A stretch of 64,000 nt of DNA from Candidatus Nomurabacteria bacterium (GCA_026395955.1 JAPLXR010000006.1:87259-151258); one strand, 5' to 3'. Shown: positions 9,372 to 18,422, counted from the stretch's first letter. Numbers and translations are program-made. Notes: a model not told the origin generated them from the sequence alone.

Positions 9372-11351
9372 ATGCAAAAAAATAAAAAATATGCCTCGAG
9401 TAAGTTTTTTTTAAAAATATTTTTTTTATTCATTCTAATTTTATTTACATCTAATGTAAATGCAGCACCTCCTGCACCACCCACTATTACTAGTGCAAAA
9501 ATAACAGGAGGTAATGAAATTACTATTTATTATGATAGTGTTTTAACTTCTGATGATATTTCTTCATATTCTAGTTTAGGTTTAGGGCTTATGGGTAGAA
9601 ATATTATTTCAGCCTTTGATAATACTAGCACTAATCACATTATTTTAACTTTTGATGGATTTCCAGTAGCACCAAATACAAAAGGAGCAATAAATATTGA
9701 CACAAATATTGCTTCAAGTGGAGGAAATTTTGCTGGTGTTACAGGTTTGGATTTAGCAGATGGAATTCAGCCATATCTTGGTGCAGTTACATTGCAAGAT
9801 AATGATTCTTCAAATTCCTTTACAGCTGGTGATTCTTTTGTTTTTAGATTTGATGAGCCTATGGATAAAACCACTATTACTACAAGTAATGTAGATTTAT
9901 ATTTAGGTTTAAATCATAGTCATACTTTTGGTACAACAGGTGGAGGTCTTACTCTTACTTGGAATAGTAGGGGGACAATTTTAACTTTAAAAACAGGTAG
10001 TGATGAAACAGTTACAAATGGTGATACAGTAAGTCCTGGAAGTCCTGTTACTGATGCAAATGGAAATATGCAAAATATGCCCTTACCGTTAGAATTACCT
10101 ACGACAGTTACTACTCCTCGAACTCTTTATTTTAATGGAGCAGATGACAGTAATTGGGGAAATATAAATAATTGGTGGAATGATTCTAATTTTACTGATC
10201 CTGCAATTTCATTACCAACTGCATATGATGATGTTATTATTTCTTCAGAAGTACTATCAAATACTTCCGGAGATATTGCATATGTTAATTCTTTAGTGAT
10301 GAATGGTAGTGTAGATTTAGGTAGTGCAATTGGTTTTCTTATTAATCTTAATGTTGCACAAAATGCAATTTTTAATAATTTTTCTGTAGTTATTTATGGT
10401 ACTGTTACTGGAGATGTTGTTTTTAACGATGGTAGTTCTGCTGGTTATGGTGGACCAGGTCTTTATTTTAGTGCGGGATATATAAATGGAGATGTGACGT
10501 TTAATGAACCGACAACAGCAAATTACGAGACAATATTTGGTAATGTTACCTTTCATGGATTTTATGGTAATGCTGGACTTATCTATGGAGATGTAGAATT
10601 TAATGATATTACTTCAAATCCAGGAGAAATTTTCGGACATGTAACCTTCCGTGATAATAGTTTTAATGGTAGTTTTGGGCCTGGAATAATTAACGGAGAT
10701 GTTGATGTATATTATCCTTCTAATAATCCAATTGATTCTATTGAAAATATTTCTGGTACAGTTACATATTATAATTATGACGAAACCCCACCCACAATCT
10801 TAAACGTATCTCCAATCGATAATTCTAAAAACATAAAATCTGATACAAGTATAGTCATTACTTTCTCAGAACCAATAGATACTAATTCTTTTTCAATTAG
10901 CACTACTCCTTGTGATAGCTCTAATAATAGTTGTGCTAGTTACAATGACCCAGTATGGTCAGATGGTGATACTGTTGCTACTTTAACTCGTGTACATGGT
11001 GAATCATTTAAACCAGGTAAGAAATATACAATTTCAATAAATGCTTCTGATTTACAGAGTAATCAATTAGTTGATCCTTACATATGGTCTTTTAAAATAA
11101 AAGATAATTCTTCTAGTGGTGGATATCTCCCAGGTCACATTCCATCTTTCATCCAATCAACAGCCTCCACAACTCCTACAACCACTCTACCTACTACATC
11201 ACCACTAAACCTAACAAGAAACCTCTATCTAGGTGTACCAAACGGAGAAGACATCAAACTTCTCCAAATCTACCTAAACACTCACGGATACCCAGTATCA
11301 ACTACAGGACCAGGTTCTACAGGTAATGAACAACTAAATTCGGTTCTCTAA
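9372..11351 (+). CDS. large secreted cell-surface protein (signal peptide, beta-helix-like GDVxFN repeats, Ig-like domain); C-terminal peptidoglycan-binding domain broken by a frameshift
   Basis: N-terminal signal peptide; about 20-aa repeats GDVVFNDG/GDVTFNEP/GDVEFNDI; Ig-like segment. The PG_binding_1 domain continues in another frame at 11330-11430 (TTKFGSLTKQAVIKFQLAHHIDPIGVVGPRTRGEIK). Confidence 0.6.
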   Translation: MQKNKKYASSKFFLKIFFLFILILFTSNVNAAPPAPPTITSAKITGGNEITIYYDSVLTSDDISSYSSLGLGLMGRNIISAFDNTSTNHIILTFDGFPVAPNTKGAINIDTNIASSGGNFAGVTGLDLADGIQPYLGAVTLQDNDSSNSFTAGDSFVFRFDEPMDKTTITTSNVDLYLGLNHSHTFGTTGGGLTLTWNSRGTILTLKTGSDETVTNGDTVSPGSPVTDANGNMQNMPLPLELPTTVTTPRTLYFNGADDSNWGNINNWWNDSNFTDPAISLPTAYDDVIISSEVLSNTSGDIAYVNSLVMNGSVDLGSAIGFLINLNVAQNAIFNNFSVVIYGTVTGDVVFNDGSSAGYGGPGLYFSAGYINGDVTFNEPTTANYETIFGNVTFHGFYGNAGLIYGDVEFNDITSNPGEIFGHVTFRDNSFNGSFGPGIINGDVDVYYPSNNPIDSIENISGTVTYYNYDETPPTILNVSPIDNSKNIKSDTSIVITFSEPIDTNSFSISTTPCDSSNNSCASYNDPVWSDGDTVATLTRVHGESFKPGKKYTISINASDLQSNQLVDPYIWSFKIKDNSSSGGYLPGHIPSFIQSTASTTPTTTLPTTSPLNLTRNLYLGVPNGEDIKLLQIYLNTHGYPVSTTGPGSTGNEQLNSVL

Positions 11352-11521
11352 CTAAACAAGCAGTAATTAAGTTCCAATTAGCTCATCATATAGATCCTAT
11401 TGGTGTTGTTGGTCCTAGGACTAGAGGGGAGATTAAATAGGTACTTTTATAAAATATAAATACTGCATAATTTGTGTTACACTATACTTAGTTTATTTAT
11501 TAATTTATAAAAGTTTTTATT

Positions 11522-14500
11522 ATGAAAAAAATATTTAGTATTGTTTTAGTTTTAATAGTTGTATTTGGGAATATTCCATTTACAAATTTTGGTACACAAA
11601 AAGTTTTAGCAGATGGATTTCAAGGTACAGGAGATGGTAGTGAGGGGAATCCATTTATAATTACAAATTGTACTTTACTCCAAGAAATAAACTTAGATTT
11701 GGATTTGTATTTTAAATTACAAGGTGCAAATAATACTATAGATTGTTCTGAAACATCTAATTGGAATTCAGATGGTGATGGAGGGTATTATGGATTTCAA
11801 CCACTTGGTTCTGTTAACTCTCCATTTTTTACAGGACATTTAAATGGAAATAATAACACTATTACTAATTTGTATATCAATAGACCTTCATCAACTTTTG
11901 TTGGGCTATTTTCTGTAGTTGATTCTGGTGCTACTATTAGTGATTTAACTTTAAAGGATGTAAATATAACTGGAAACGATCGTACTGGTGCTCTTGTGGG
12001 TTCTCTGAGTGGTACTGTTACAAATGTCCATGCTTCAGGTGTGCTTACAGGAGGTTTTACTACTGGAGGTCTTGTCGGTGCTCATGTGAATAATAATAGT
12101 TGGTATAACTCTAGTCCTTTAGTTTATACTTGGGATGGAAATAAATATAAATATATAGCCGATGTTGGTAATTTATTACCAAAAGAAGTTTTAAATGCTC
12201 CAGATTTGGCTACTGTAGACACTGGCGATTTAGTTCCAAAAGATGGAAAATATTCAATGAAAATTGCAGAAGAATATAATGAAATTGTTTACTATGATAA
12301 ACTCACTTTGAATACTTATGATCATGCACCAGGATATAGTATTGCAGTTCCATTAAACAGAAATGCTGTAGCTAGTGATATAAAAACAGTCAGTGATACA
12401 CCGACAAATCCATTACTTTCTTGTACAGATATGTATGGAAATAATTGTGAAGATACACTCAAGGCAAACGATGACAAATGGGCAGTGCAAGATAAAAGTT
12501 TTGTAAATTCATATATTATGGATTTTGGAGATTTATCAAACAAAGACAGTATACAACTGGTAATGCGTGGTGCTCGTGATTATGATGCTGCTGCAAAGAT
12601 GAGAGCTGCTGGAAATTATCAATCTCTACGCACTGTTCAAGTCAAAGACACAAATGGTAACTGGGTAGAAATTTATAATAAAAATGACTTAGGTTCTGAC
12701 GGTACACCTAGACTTCGAACTATCGACCTTACTGGAAAATTCTTGAGTAATGATTATCATATTAAGGTTGGTTTCGATACAATGTACATGAATTATTTTG
12801 CTGTTGATACATCTGCACAAGTCCCTGTCACAGTGCATACTTATGCTCCAACAAAAGCTGATCTTAGTTTTAGAGGTTTTACTAAGATAAATCATAATCC
12901 GTATGTTGATCATGATTACAATACTGTAACAGTAAATCCTGAAGGAATGTTTAAACCTCAATTTGGTAATTTCACAAAATACGGTGATGTATCTCCATTA
13001 CTTCAAACTTCAAACAATCAATTCGTAATTATGAAAGGAGGTGATCATATGGATATAGAATTCCCATATGTCGCACCCGCCGATGGAATGGTGAGAAGTT
13101 TTGTTTTAGATAATGATGCTTGGTATAAACATGCTTCAAATGAAGGTATTGATTTGCTTGGTAAGACAGTTAGTCCACTTCCATATCAAGGTATGACTTC
13201 ATATACAGCGAATACAAGTGGTTATCCGATGACTGATGAAAATACTAATTATTTAAATACTTGGAATACTCGTGTCTATGCAGGTACACCAAAACATGAT
13301 GTTACAAATGGTAGTACAATTATTAATTCTTCTTCTAGTGTTAATGTTACTACTAATAATAATAGTTACGTAGGAGGACTTGTTGGTTATAATGAAAAAG
13401 AAATTAGAAATTCTTTTGCTACAGGAGATGTAACTGCCAATGGTAATTCTTACAATATTGGAGGATTAGTAGGATTTAATGGAACTGCTGGATCTACTGG
13501 ATGGATACATGATTCTTATGCGACAGGTTCTGTAACAAATATAAATGGTTACGATGTAGGAGGTTTAGTTGGTATTAACCTTGCAAAAATTGAAAGAAGT
13601 TATGCTGCTGGGCTTGTTACATCAAATAATGTTGATTATGCTCATGGACTAATAGGTGATAACTGTGGTGGTGGTTGTAGCACAGAAGTGAATGATTCAT
13701 TTTGGGACACACAAACATCTCAAAAAGAAACTGACGCATCAGGTTCTAATGCTACAGGAAAAAGTTCATCTGAAATGAAAGACATTGCAACATTTACAAA
13801 TGCTAGTACTACAGGACTTACTAATGCTTGGGATTTTACTGGTACATTAAATAATGATGCAGGTACAGATGATATTTGGAAAATAGATGCAAATCAGAAC
13901 AATGGTTATCCATATTTGTATTGGCAAACACCAGCTCCAGTTTTGACTGAAGTGAAACCAATTCCAGCAAAAGTCACAGCAAGTAAGGCAAAATATTATT
14001 TTACAACAGATAAGGCTTGTACTTTACAAGTAAGTGCAGTCGAAACAGACAAGGAAGGTGAAGTTACAGTTCATGTTTCAGGAGAACCTACTCCTGGTGA
14101 GGATTCTAATTTTTATCTAACTGGTTTAAAGACAGGTGGAACATATTCGTTTAATTTTCAATGTATAGATGAAAATGATAGTATTTCAAATACTTTAAAT
14201 GTAGGACCATTTAAAGTTATTTCTAATATTACTTCTTCTGGATATTATTCTCCAGGTAGTGTTCCATCCTTTATTCAATCATCAACCACTCCTGTACAAT
14301 CAACATCACAAGTAAGTACAAATCCAGAGCAAAAAAATATAACAATCTCTGAAATCCAAAAAGTTGTGAAAGATTTAAAATTTGGAATGAAAGACGCTGA
14401 TGTAAAAATACTTCAATCATTCTTAATCTCACAAGACAAAGGAGAAAATGCAAAAGCATTAGCAAAACACGGAACAACTATAAACTTTGGGAAATTAACA

Positions 14501-14602
14501 CAAAAATCTTTAGCAGAATGGCAAAAAGCTAATAATGTTTCTCCTGCAGTTGGTATCTTTGGTCCTATAACTCGTGCAAAGATAAAAGATTTAAATTTAT
14601 AA
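11522..14602 (+). CDS. giant secreted surface protein with GLUG-motif repeats and an intact C-terminal peptidoglycan-binding (PG_binding_1-like) domain
   Basis: Signal peptide; repeated GGLVG segments (YVGGLVGYN, IGGLVGFNG, VGGLVGINL) typical of GLUG repeats. C-terminus reads DVKILQSFLI...FGKLTQKSLAEWQKANNVSPAVGIFGPITRAKI. Shares the SSGGY-PG-PSFIQS linker with the upstream paralog. Confidence 0.7.
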   Translation: MKKIFSIVLVLIVVFGNIPFTNFGTQKVLADGFQGTGDGSEGNPFIITNCTLLQEINLDLDLYFKLQGANNTIDCSETSNWNSDGDGGYYGFQPLGSVNSPFFTGHLNGNNNTITNLYINRPSSTFVGLFSVVDSGATISDLTLKDVNITGNDRTGALVGSLSGTVTNVHASGVLTGGFTTGGLVGAHVNNNSWYNSSPLVYTWDGNKYKYIADVGNLLPKEVLNAPDLATVDTGDLVPKDGKYSMKIAEEYNEIVYYDKLTLNTYDHAPGYSIAVPLNRNAVASDIKTVSDTPTNPLLSCTDMYGNNCEDTLKANDDKWAVQDKSFVNSYIMDFGDLSNKDSIQLVMRGARDYDAAAKMRAAGNYQSLRTVQVKDTNGNWVEIYNKNDLGSDGTPRLRTIDLTGKFLSNDYHIKVGFDTMYMNYFAVDTSAQVPVTVHTYAPTKADLSFRGFTKINHNPYVDHDYNTVTVNPEGMFKPQFGNFTKYGDVSPLLQTSNNQFVIMKGGDHMDIEFPYVAPADGMVRSFVLDNDAWYKHASNEGIDLLGKTVSPLPYQGMTSYTANTSGYPMTDENTNYLNTWNTRVYAGTPKHDVTNGSTIINSSSSVNVTTNNNSYVGGLVGYNEKEIRNSFATGDVTANGNSYNIGGLVGFNGTAGSTGWIHDSYATGSVTNINGYDVGGLVGINLAKIERSYAAGLVTSNNVDYAHGLIGDNCGGGCSTEVNDSFWDTQTSQKETDASGSNATGKSSSEMKDIATFTNASTTGLTNAWDFTGTLNNDAGTDDIWKIDANQNNGYPYLYWQTPAPVLTEVKPIPAKVTASKAKYYFTTDKACTLQVSAVETDKEGEVTVHVSGEPTPGEDSNFYLTGLKTGGTYSFNFQCIDENDSISNTLNVGPFKVISNITSSGYYSPGSVPSFIQSSTTPVQSTSQVSTNPEQKNITISEIQKVVKDLKFGMKDADVKILQSFLISQDKGENAKALAKHGTTINFGKLTQKSLAEWQKANNVSPAVGIFGPITRAKIKDLNL

Positions 14603-14603
14603 G

Positions 14604-14640
14604 AAAAATAGCCCAATTTTGATATTGGGCTATTTTTGTG
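14604..14640 (+). terminator. rho-independent terminator
   Basis: atagcccaat-tttgat-attgggctat followed by TTTTT. Confidence 0.75.
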
Positions 14641-14713
14641 ATATAATACAAGGGTTAGATTATAAATAACTTCCTAGCCTTATTTGGTAAGGATAAATAA
14701 AAGAATTTTAATT

Positions 14714-14902
14714 ATGGCAACTTTAAAAGCATTATGTATGAAATGTCGTGAAAACAACAAACCAACTATGCAAGATATGACAAATCCTGTCGTTACAAAA
14801 AACGAAAAAGGACGCTACAGTGCAAAGGGTACTTGTGGTAAATGTGGAGGTAATATGTTCAAATTCATGTCTGCTGTTGATGGTGAGGCAATGATGAAAT
14901 AA
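14714..14902 (+). CDS. small zinc-ribbon protein (CxxC...CxxC), 62 aa from MATLKAL (track ORF starts at 14684)
   Basis: CMKC ... CGKCGG cysteine pairs, flanked by terminators on both sides. Confidence 0.45.
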   Translation: MATLKALCMKCRENNKPTMQDMTNPVVTKNEKGRYSAKGTCGKCGGNMFKFMSAVDGEAMMK

Positions 14903-14916
14903 TTTTTAAATAAGAA

Positions 14917-14950
14917 CAAAAAAATCCCTAATGGGGATTTTTTTGTTCTT
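14917..14950 (+). terminator. rho-independent terminator
   Basis: aaaaatccc-taat-gggattttt followed by a T-run. Confidence 0.75.
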
Positions 14951-15037
14951 GAAGGTTTTTAATTAGGTATTGACGAATATATGTGTTAAGGTTGTTCTAT
15001 AGTCGCAGTTTACTAGACACTTAACTTAAATAAAATT

Positions 15038-15157
15038 ATGTCAGACGAAGAAACAAAGGTAGAAGGCGAAACTCCAGTAGTTGAAACTCCAGCTGTAGCA
15101 GAAGAAATGCCAGCTGAAACTCCTGCAGAAGAAACAACAACAGAAGCTACTGCATAG
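15038..15157 (+). CDS. putative 39-aa acidic E/T/P-rich peptide (MSDEETKVEGETPVVETPAVAEEMPAETPAEETTTEATA)
   Basis: ATG to TAG ORF sitting between two strong terminators, with its own terminator straight after. No clear SD. Confidence 0.25.
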   Translation: MSDEETKVEGETPVVETPAVAEEMPAETPAEETTTEATA

Positions 15158-15163
15158 TAGATC

Positions 15164-15192
15164 AAAAAAAAGACCTTCGGGTCTTTTTTTTG
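15164..15192 (+). terminator. rho-independent terminator
   Basis: agacc-ttcg-ggtct flanked by an A-run and a T8 run. Confidence 0.75.
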
Positions 15193-15211
15193 ATTGTGGT
15201 AGAATTAAAGA

Positions 15212-15580
15212 ATGGAATTAAATAACCTTACAGAGGAAGAAAAGAAAGTAATAATAGACAAAGGAACAGAAATGCCTTTTGTGGGTGAGTATGTGAACAA
15301 CAAAGAGACTGGTGTGTATGTATGCAGACAATGTAATACTCCACTTTATAATTCAAAAGATAAATTTGAAAGTACTTGTGGCTGGCCGAGCTTTGATGAT
15401 GAGATACCAGGTGCCGTGAAGAAAACTCTCGATGCTGATGGAATTCGTACAGAAATAACTTGTGCAAAATGTGGCGGCCACCTAGGCCATGTTTTCGAAG
15501 GTGAAAATCTAACAAATAAAAACATCCGCCATTGCGTGAATTCGATTTCATTAAAATTTATTCCAGGAAAAAACAAATGA
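15212..15580 (+). CDS. msrB: peptide-methionine (R)-S-oxide reductase MsrB
   Basis: CxxC...CxxC zinc site, GWPSF motif, [17 protein letters not shown] active site. Stops at TGA, overlapping the msrA ATG (ATGA). Confidence 0.9.
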   Translation: MELNNLTEEEKKVIIDKGTEMPFVGEYVNNKETGVYVCRQCNTPLYNSKDKFESTCGWPSFDDEIPGAVKKTLDADGIRTEITCAKCGGHLGHVFEGENLTNKNIRHCVNSISLKFIPGKNK

Positions 15581-16089
15581 CTAACAAAGCATATTTTGCA
15601 GGTGGATGTTTTTGGGGACTACAAGATTTAATTCGGAAGCAACCGGGCGTGGTAAAAACTCGTGTCGGTTACACTGGTGGTAAAAATGAAATGGATTCGA
15701 CAGGCTCACCACAAGCTCCGACTTATGAAAATCATGAAGGTTATGCAGAAGCAGTTGAGATAGAATATGACAGTGAAAAAACTTCTTATAAAAATCTTTT
15801 AGATTTCTTTTTTCAAATTCATAATCCGACAACGCTAAATCAGCAGGGGAATGATAAAGGTACTTCATATCGATCCGCTATTTTTTATGGTAATGAAGAA
15901 GAAAAAAAAGAAGCTGAAGATTTTATAAAAATTGTGAATGATTCAAAACGCTGGCCTGGTCCTGTCGTCACGACACTCGAGCCCTTTGCAAAGTTCTGGG
16001 AGGCAGAGGATTACCATCAAGACTATCTAGAAAAGAATCCCGGTGGCTATACATGTCACGCTATATGGTTCGATAGTTATTTAAAATAA
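15577..16089 (+). CDS. msrA: peptide-methionine (S)-S-oxide reductase MsrA
   Basis: FAGGCFWG catalytic motif near the N-terminus. Start placed at the ATG overlapping the msrB stop. Confidence 0.9.
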   Translation: MTNKAYFAGGCFWGLQDLIRKQPGVVKTRVGYTGGKNEMDSTGSPQAPTYENHEGYAEAVEIEYDSEKTSYKNLLDFFFQIHNPTTLNQQGNDKGTSYRSAIFYGNEEEKKEAEDFIKIVNDSKRWPGPVVTTLEPFAKFWEAEDYHQDYLEKNPGGYTCHAIWFDSYLK

Positions 16090-16090
16090 A

Positions 16091-16117
16091 GACTTGTCGA
16101 CCTGCTAGGTCGACAAG
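16091..16117. terminator. strong palindromic hairpin (cttgtcgacc-tgct-aggtcgacaag) after msrA; weak T tract
   Basis: 10-bp perfect stem; downstream T-run is poor. Confidence 0.4.
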
Positions 16118-16141
16118 AAATAGTTATCCACAGGTATTTAC

Positions 16142-16170
16142 TTGCGTGTGAACGTTCGTTCACTTATAAT
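16142..16170 (+). promoter_or_regulatory. sigma-70-like promoter (TTGCGT-17 bp-TATAAT) whose spacer is a Cheo-type LexA/SOS box tGAACgttcGTTCa (core 16150-16161)
   Basis: GAAC-N4-GTTC inverted repeat at 16150-16161, TATAAT at 16165-16170, TTGCGT at 16142-16147. Sits 30 bp upstream of the small ORF that precedes lexA. Confidence 0.6.
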
Positions 16171-16200
16171 GAGTGTATTAGAAATAATATATAAAAATTT

Positions 16201-16410
16201 ATGAGTAAAGAACAATATTTAAAAATCATCAATAAGGAATTGCAAAAGGTTAACAAGAAGATCGACGTGAAGATTATCAGAGGTGAAGAATATTTCCGCG
16301 AAGCACGTGAACACAAGTTGCTTCTCAGAAAGGCTCGTCAATTTCAAGGTCAAAGTTTTTTTAGTAAAATATTTGGAGGATTGTTTTCTTCCAACTTGTC
16401 CTTTCGTTAA
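16201..16410 (+). CDS. hypothetical 69-aa protein co-transcribed with lexA (SOS-box regulated)
   Basis: ORF between the LexA-box promoter and lexA; no recognisable motif. Confidence 0.35.
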   Translation: MSKEQYLKIINKELQKVNKKIDVKIIRGEEYFREAREHKLLLRKARQFQGQSFFSKIFGGLFSSNLSFR

Positions 16411-16457
16411 AAAATCAAAGAGCGAGAGTAAAGATAAAAACGTGATACAATAAATCT

Positions 16458-17027
16458 ATGCAAAACGATTACAAAGACAAACTAAATAGTTTCTATTCAA
16501 AGAACAAAAGAATGCCGACATACACAGAAATGATGAAGCTGTTTTCTTTCAAGTCCAAGAATGCCGTAGCCCGAGTCGTCGATAAAATGATCGAAGCCGG
16601 ACTCGTCGCCAAGGATCACCTTGGTCGTTTAATTCCCGATAAATTTTTAAATGAAGTAGTAATGCTCGGTTCTGTGAAAGCCGGATTTCCGAGCGATGTC
16701 GAGGAACAAACTTTTAATGATACAGTAAACCTCGATGATTTTTTAATAGAGAAAAAAGATTCCACATATATGCTCGAAGTTGATGGTGATTCTATGATCG
16801 ATGCACATATTAAAAATGGTGATATGGTTTTAGCTGAACGTACAAATAAAGCCAAAGATGGCGACATTGTGATAGCCGAAGTGGATGGGGAATTCACAAT
16901 GAAATATTTTAAACAAAAGGGTGACAAAGTTTGGCTCGAGCCAGCCAACAAAAATTTTAAACCTATTTATCCTAAATATGATTTAAAGGTGACAGCGATA
17001 GTCAAAGCCGTAATTCGTAAATATTAG
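16458..17027 (+). CDS. lexA: LexA-like transcriptional repressor (S24 peptidase family)
   Basis: N-terminal winged HTH; C-terminal S24 autopeptidase motifs VDGDSMIDAHIKNGDMVL and ...KDGDIVIAEVDGEFTMKYF (Ser/Lys dyad region). Confidence 0.85.
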   Translation: MQNDYKDKLNSFYSKNKRMPTYTEMMKLFSFKSKNAVARVVDKMIEAGLVAKDHLGRLIPDKFLNEVVMLGSVKAGFPSDVEEQTFNDTVNLDDFLIEKKDSTYMLEVDGDSMIDAHIKNGDMVLAERTNKAKDGDIVIAEVDGEFTMKYFKQKGDKVWLEPANKNFKPIYPKYDLKVTAIVKAVIRKY

Positions 17028-17049
17028 AACTTTCTGTTATAGTGTTTAC

Positions 17050-17619
17050 ATGAAGATAACTTCTGCAAAATTCGTAAAAGGAGTCGTCGGTGACGACGAA
17101 ATCCTCGGCAATGGTATTCCACAAATTGCCTTTATTGGGCGTTCCAATGTCGGTAAATCAAGTGTGATAAACTCTCTCACAGGAGTAAAGGATTTAGCTC
17201 GTACGAGTTCTTTCCCAGGACGTACCCAAGAGATTAACCTTTTTTTAATTAATAAAAAATATTATTTTGCTGATCTGCCTGGTTATGGTTTTGCTCAGAT
17301 GTCTAAAGATGATAGAGCAGGACTCGCGGAACTTATTAATTCATATTTTTTTCACTCTACATATGAACAAAAGATAGTAGTACTGATTATCGATGCTGTT
17401 GTAGGTTTCACTGATACTGATATGGGGATGCTTCATGCTCTCGAAGATGCAGGTAAAGATGTGGTAATAATTGCAAACAAAATAGATAAATTGAAAACTA
17501 ACGAGTTTAAAAAACAAATAAAGAAAATAGATGATATGACAGTAGGCCATATCATCATCCCGTATTCTGCTATGAAGAAAATAGGTATAAAAGAAGTCTT
17601 AAAAGAATTATTTAAATAA
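17050..17619 (+). CDS. engB: ribosome biogenesis GTP-binding protein YihA/EngB
   Basis: GRSNVGKSSVINSLTG (G1), DLPGYGF (G3), NKIDK (G4). Confidence 0.9.
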   Translation: MKITSAKFVKGVVGDDEILGNGIPQIAFIGRSNVGKSSVINSLTGVKDLARTSSFPGRTQEINLFLINKKYYFADLPGYGFAQMSKDDRAGLAELINSYFFHSTYEQKIVVLIIDAVVGFTDTDMGMLHALEDAGKDVVIIANKIDKLKTNEFKKQIKKIDDMTVGHIIIPYSAMKKIGIKEVLKELFK

Positions 17620-17648
17620 AAAACCACAGCAGTTGCTGTGGTTTTTTG
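17620..17648. terminator. bidirectional rho-independent terminator between engB (+) and the PurO-like gene (-)
   Basis: ccacagc-agtt-gctgtgg flanked by A5 and T6. Confidence 0.75.
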
Positions 17649-17654
17649 AAGTTA

Positions 17655-18422
17655 CTATTTTGCAACTTCGAGCTCGTGTTTATTTATAATTTGTACAGTA
17701 CTTTCGCCTGTACGGATATCAATGAATTTACTTACAATCGAAACTTTATTTTCAGAATTCAGTGCATCCCAAAATTTTCTAGTGACCATATCCTGACCTC
17801 CAGTAAATGGTATCAGCCTCGGACTGCCAGTAAATGTCGGTAATGGATTTCCGTCACCATCATAGGTACTAACATATACTCCAAAACCCGGTGTGAATTC
17901 ATCACACTTATATAAACTTTTTACACAAGTATTTCCGAATACTGATTTTTGTAACAATAATATTTCAGTTGAATACTTCATATTATCGAGTAGTACACTT
18001 GTCGCAGTTATTCGTGCTGTTGTATTTTCATCAGGTTCATAAGTCCATACATCACGATATGCAATGTCAGCTAATCCGTAGCATGAATTCATGCTACGTG
18101 AAAGTGCATCCATTGTCTGAGCTCCATTACTCACTGCAAAGTACTTACCTTTTTGAGCCATAGCAGGGTATTGTATGAGTGCTAATTCTTGAGGCGATAC
18201 TTTGGTCTCATCTAGTACTCGTACATCGATATACCCATTGTTTAATTCCTCAAAACGTCTTCCACGGCTTCCAGGACTGCGTCCCATAATAGCGTAGATT
18301 TGAATTAGGTTTGTACCAGTTTCGTCCAATCCTATACCGATGAATCGGCCAGGGTAGGAATTTTTACGTAATGCCTCAAAATTGTTTTGAGCATTTTGTT
18401 CTAAGGTGAATAATTCTTCCAT
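17655..18422 (-). CDS. purO: IMP cyclohydrolase-like protein, archaeal PurO family
   Basis: GRFIGIG...YAIMGRSPGSRGRRF, TARITATSV and YVSTYDGDG segments match the PurO pattern (YLGRILAVG...YRVSSRSFPNR, TPRIAAAI, YISTYE). From memory; 255 aa. Confidence 0.5.
   Translation of the reverse strand: MEELFTLEQNAQNNFEALRKNSYPGRFIGIGLDETGTNLIQIYAIMGRSPGSRGRRFEELNNGYIDVRVLDETKVSPQELALIQYPAMAQKGKYFAVSNGAQTMDALSRSMNSCYGLADIAYRDVWTYEPDENTTARITATSVLLDNMKYSTEILLLQKSVFGNTCVKSLYKCDEFTPGFGVYVSTYDGDGNPLPTFTGSPRLIPFTGGQDMVTRKFWDALNSENKVSIVSKFIDIRTGESTVQIINKHELEVAK

Noticed and set aside
11327-11329. Possible TGA recoding (code 25, as in Gracilibacteria/SR1) suggested by an in-frame TGA in the shifted PG-binding frame
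   Set aside because: Elsewhere TGA clearly terminates genes (for example the msrB stop overlapping the msrA ATG as ATGA). Long ORFs are intact under the standard code, so the standard code applies.
16091-16117. Terminator after msrA
   Set aside because: Kept only as a low-confidence feature: the 10-bp stem is perfect but no T-run follows, so it may be a protein-binding palindrome instead.
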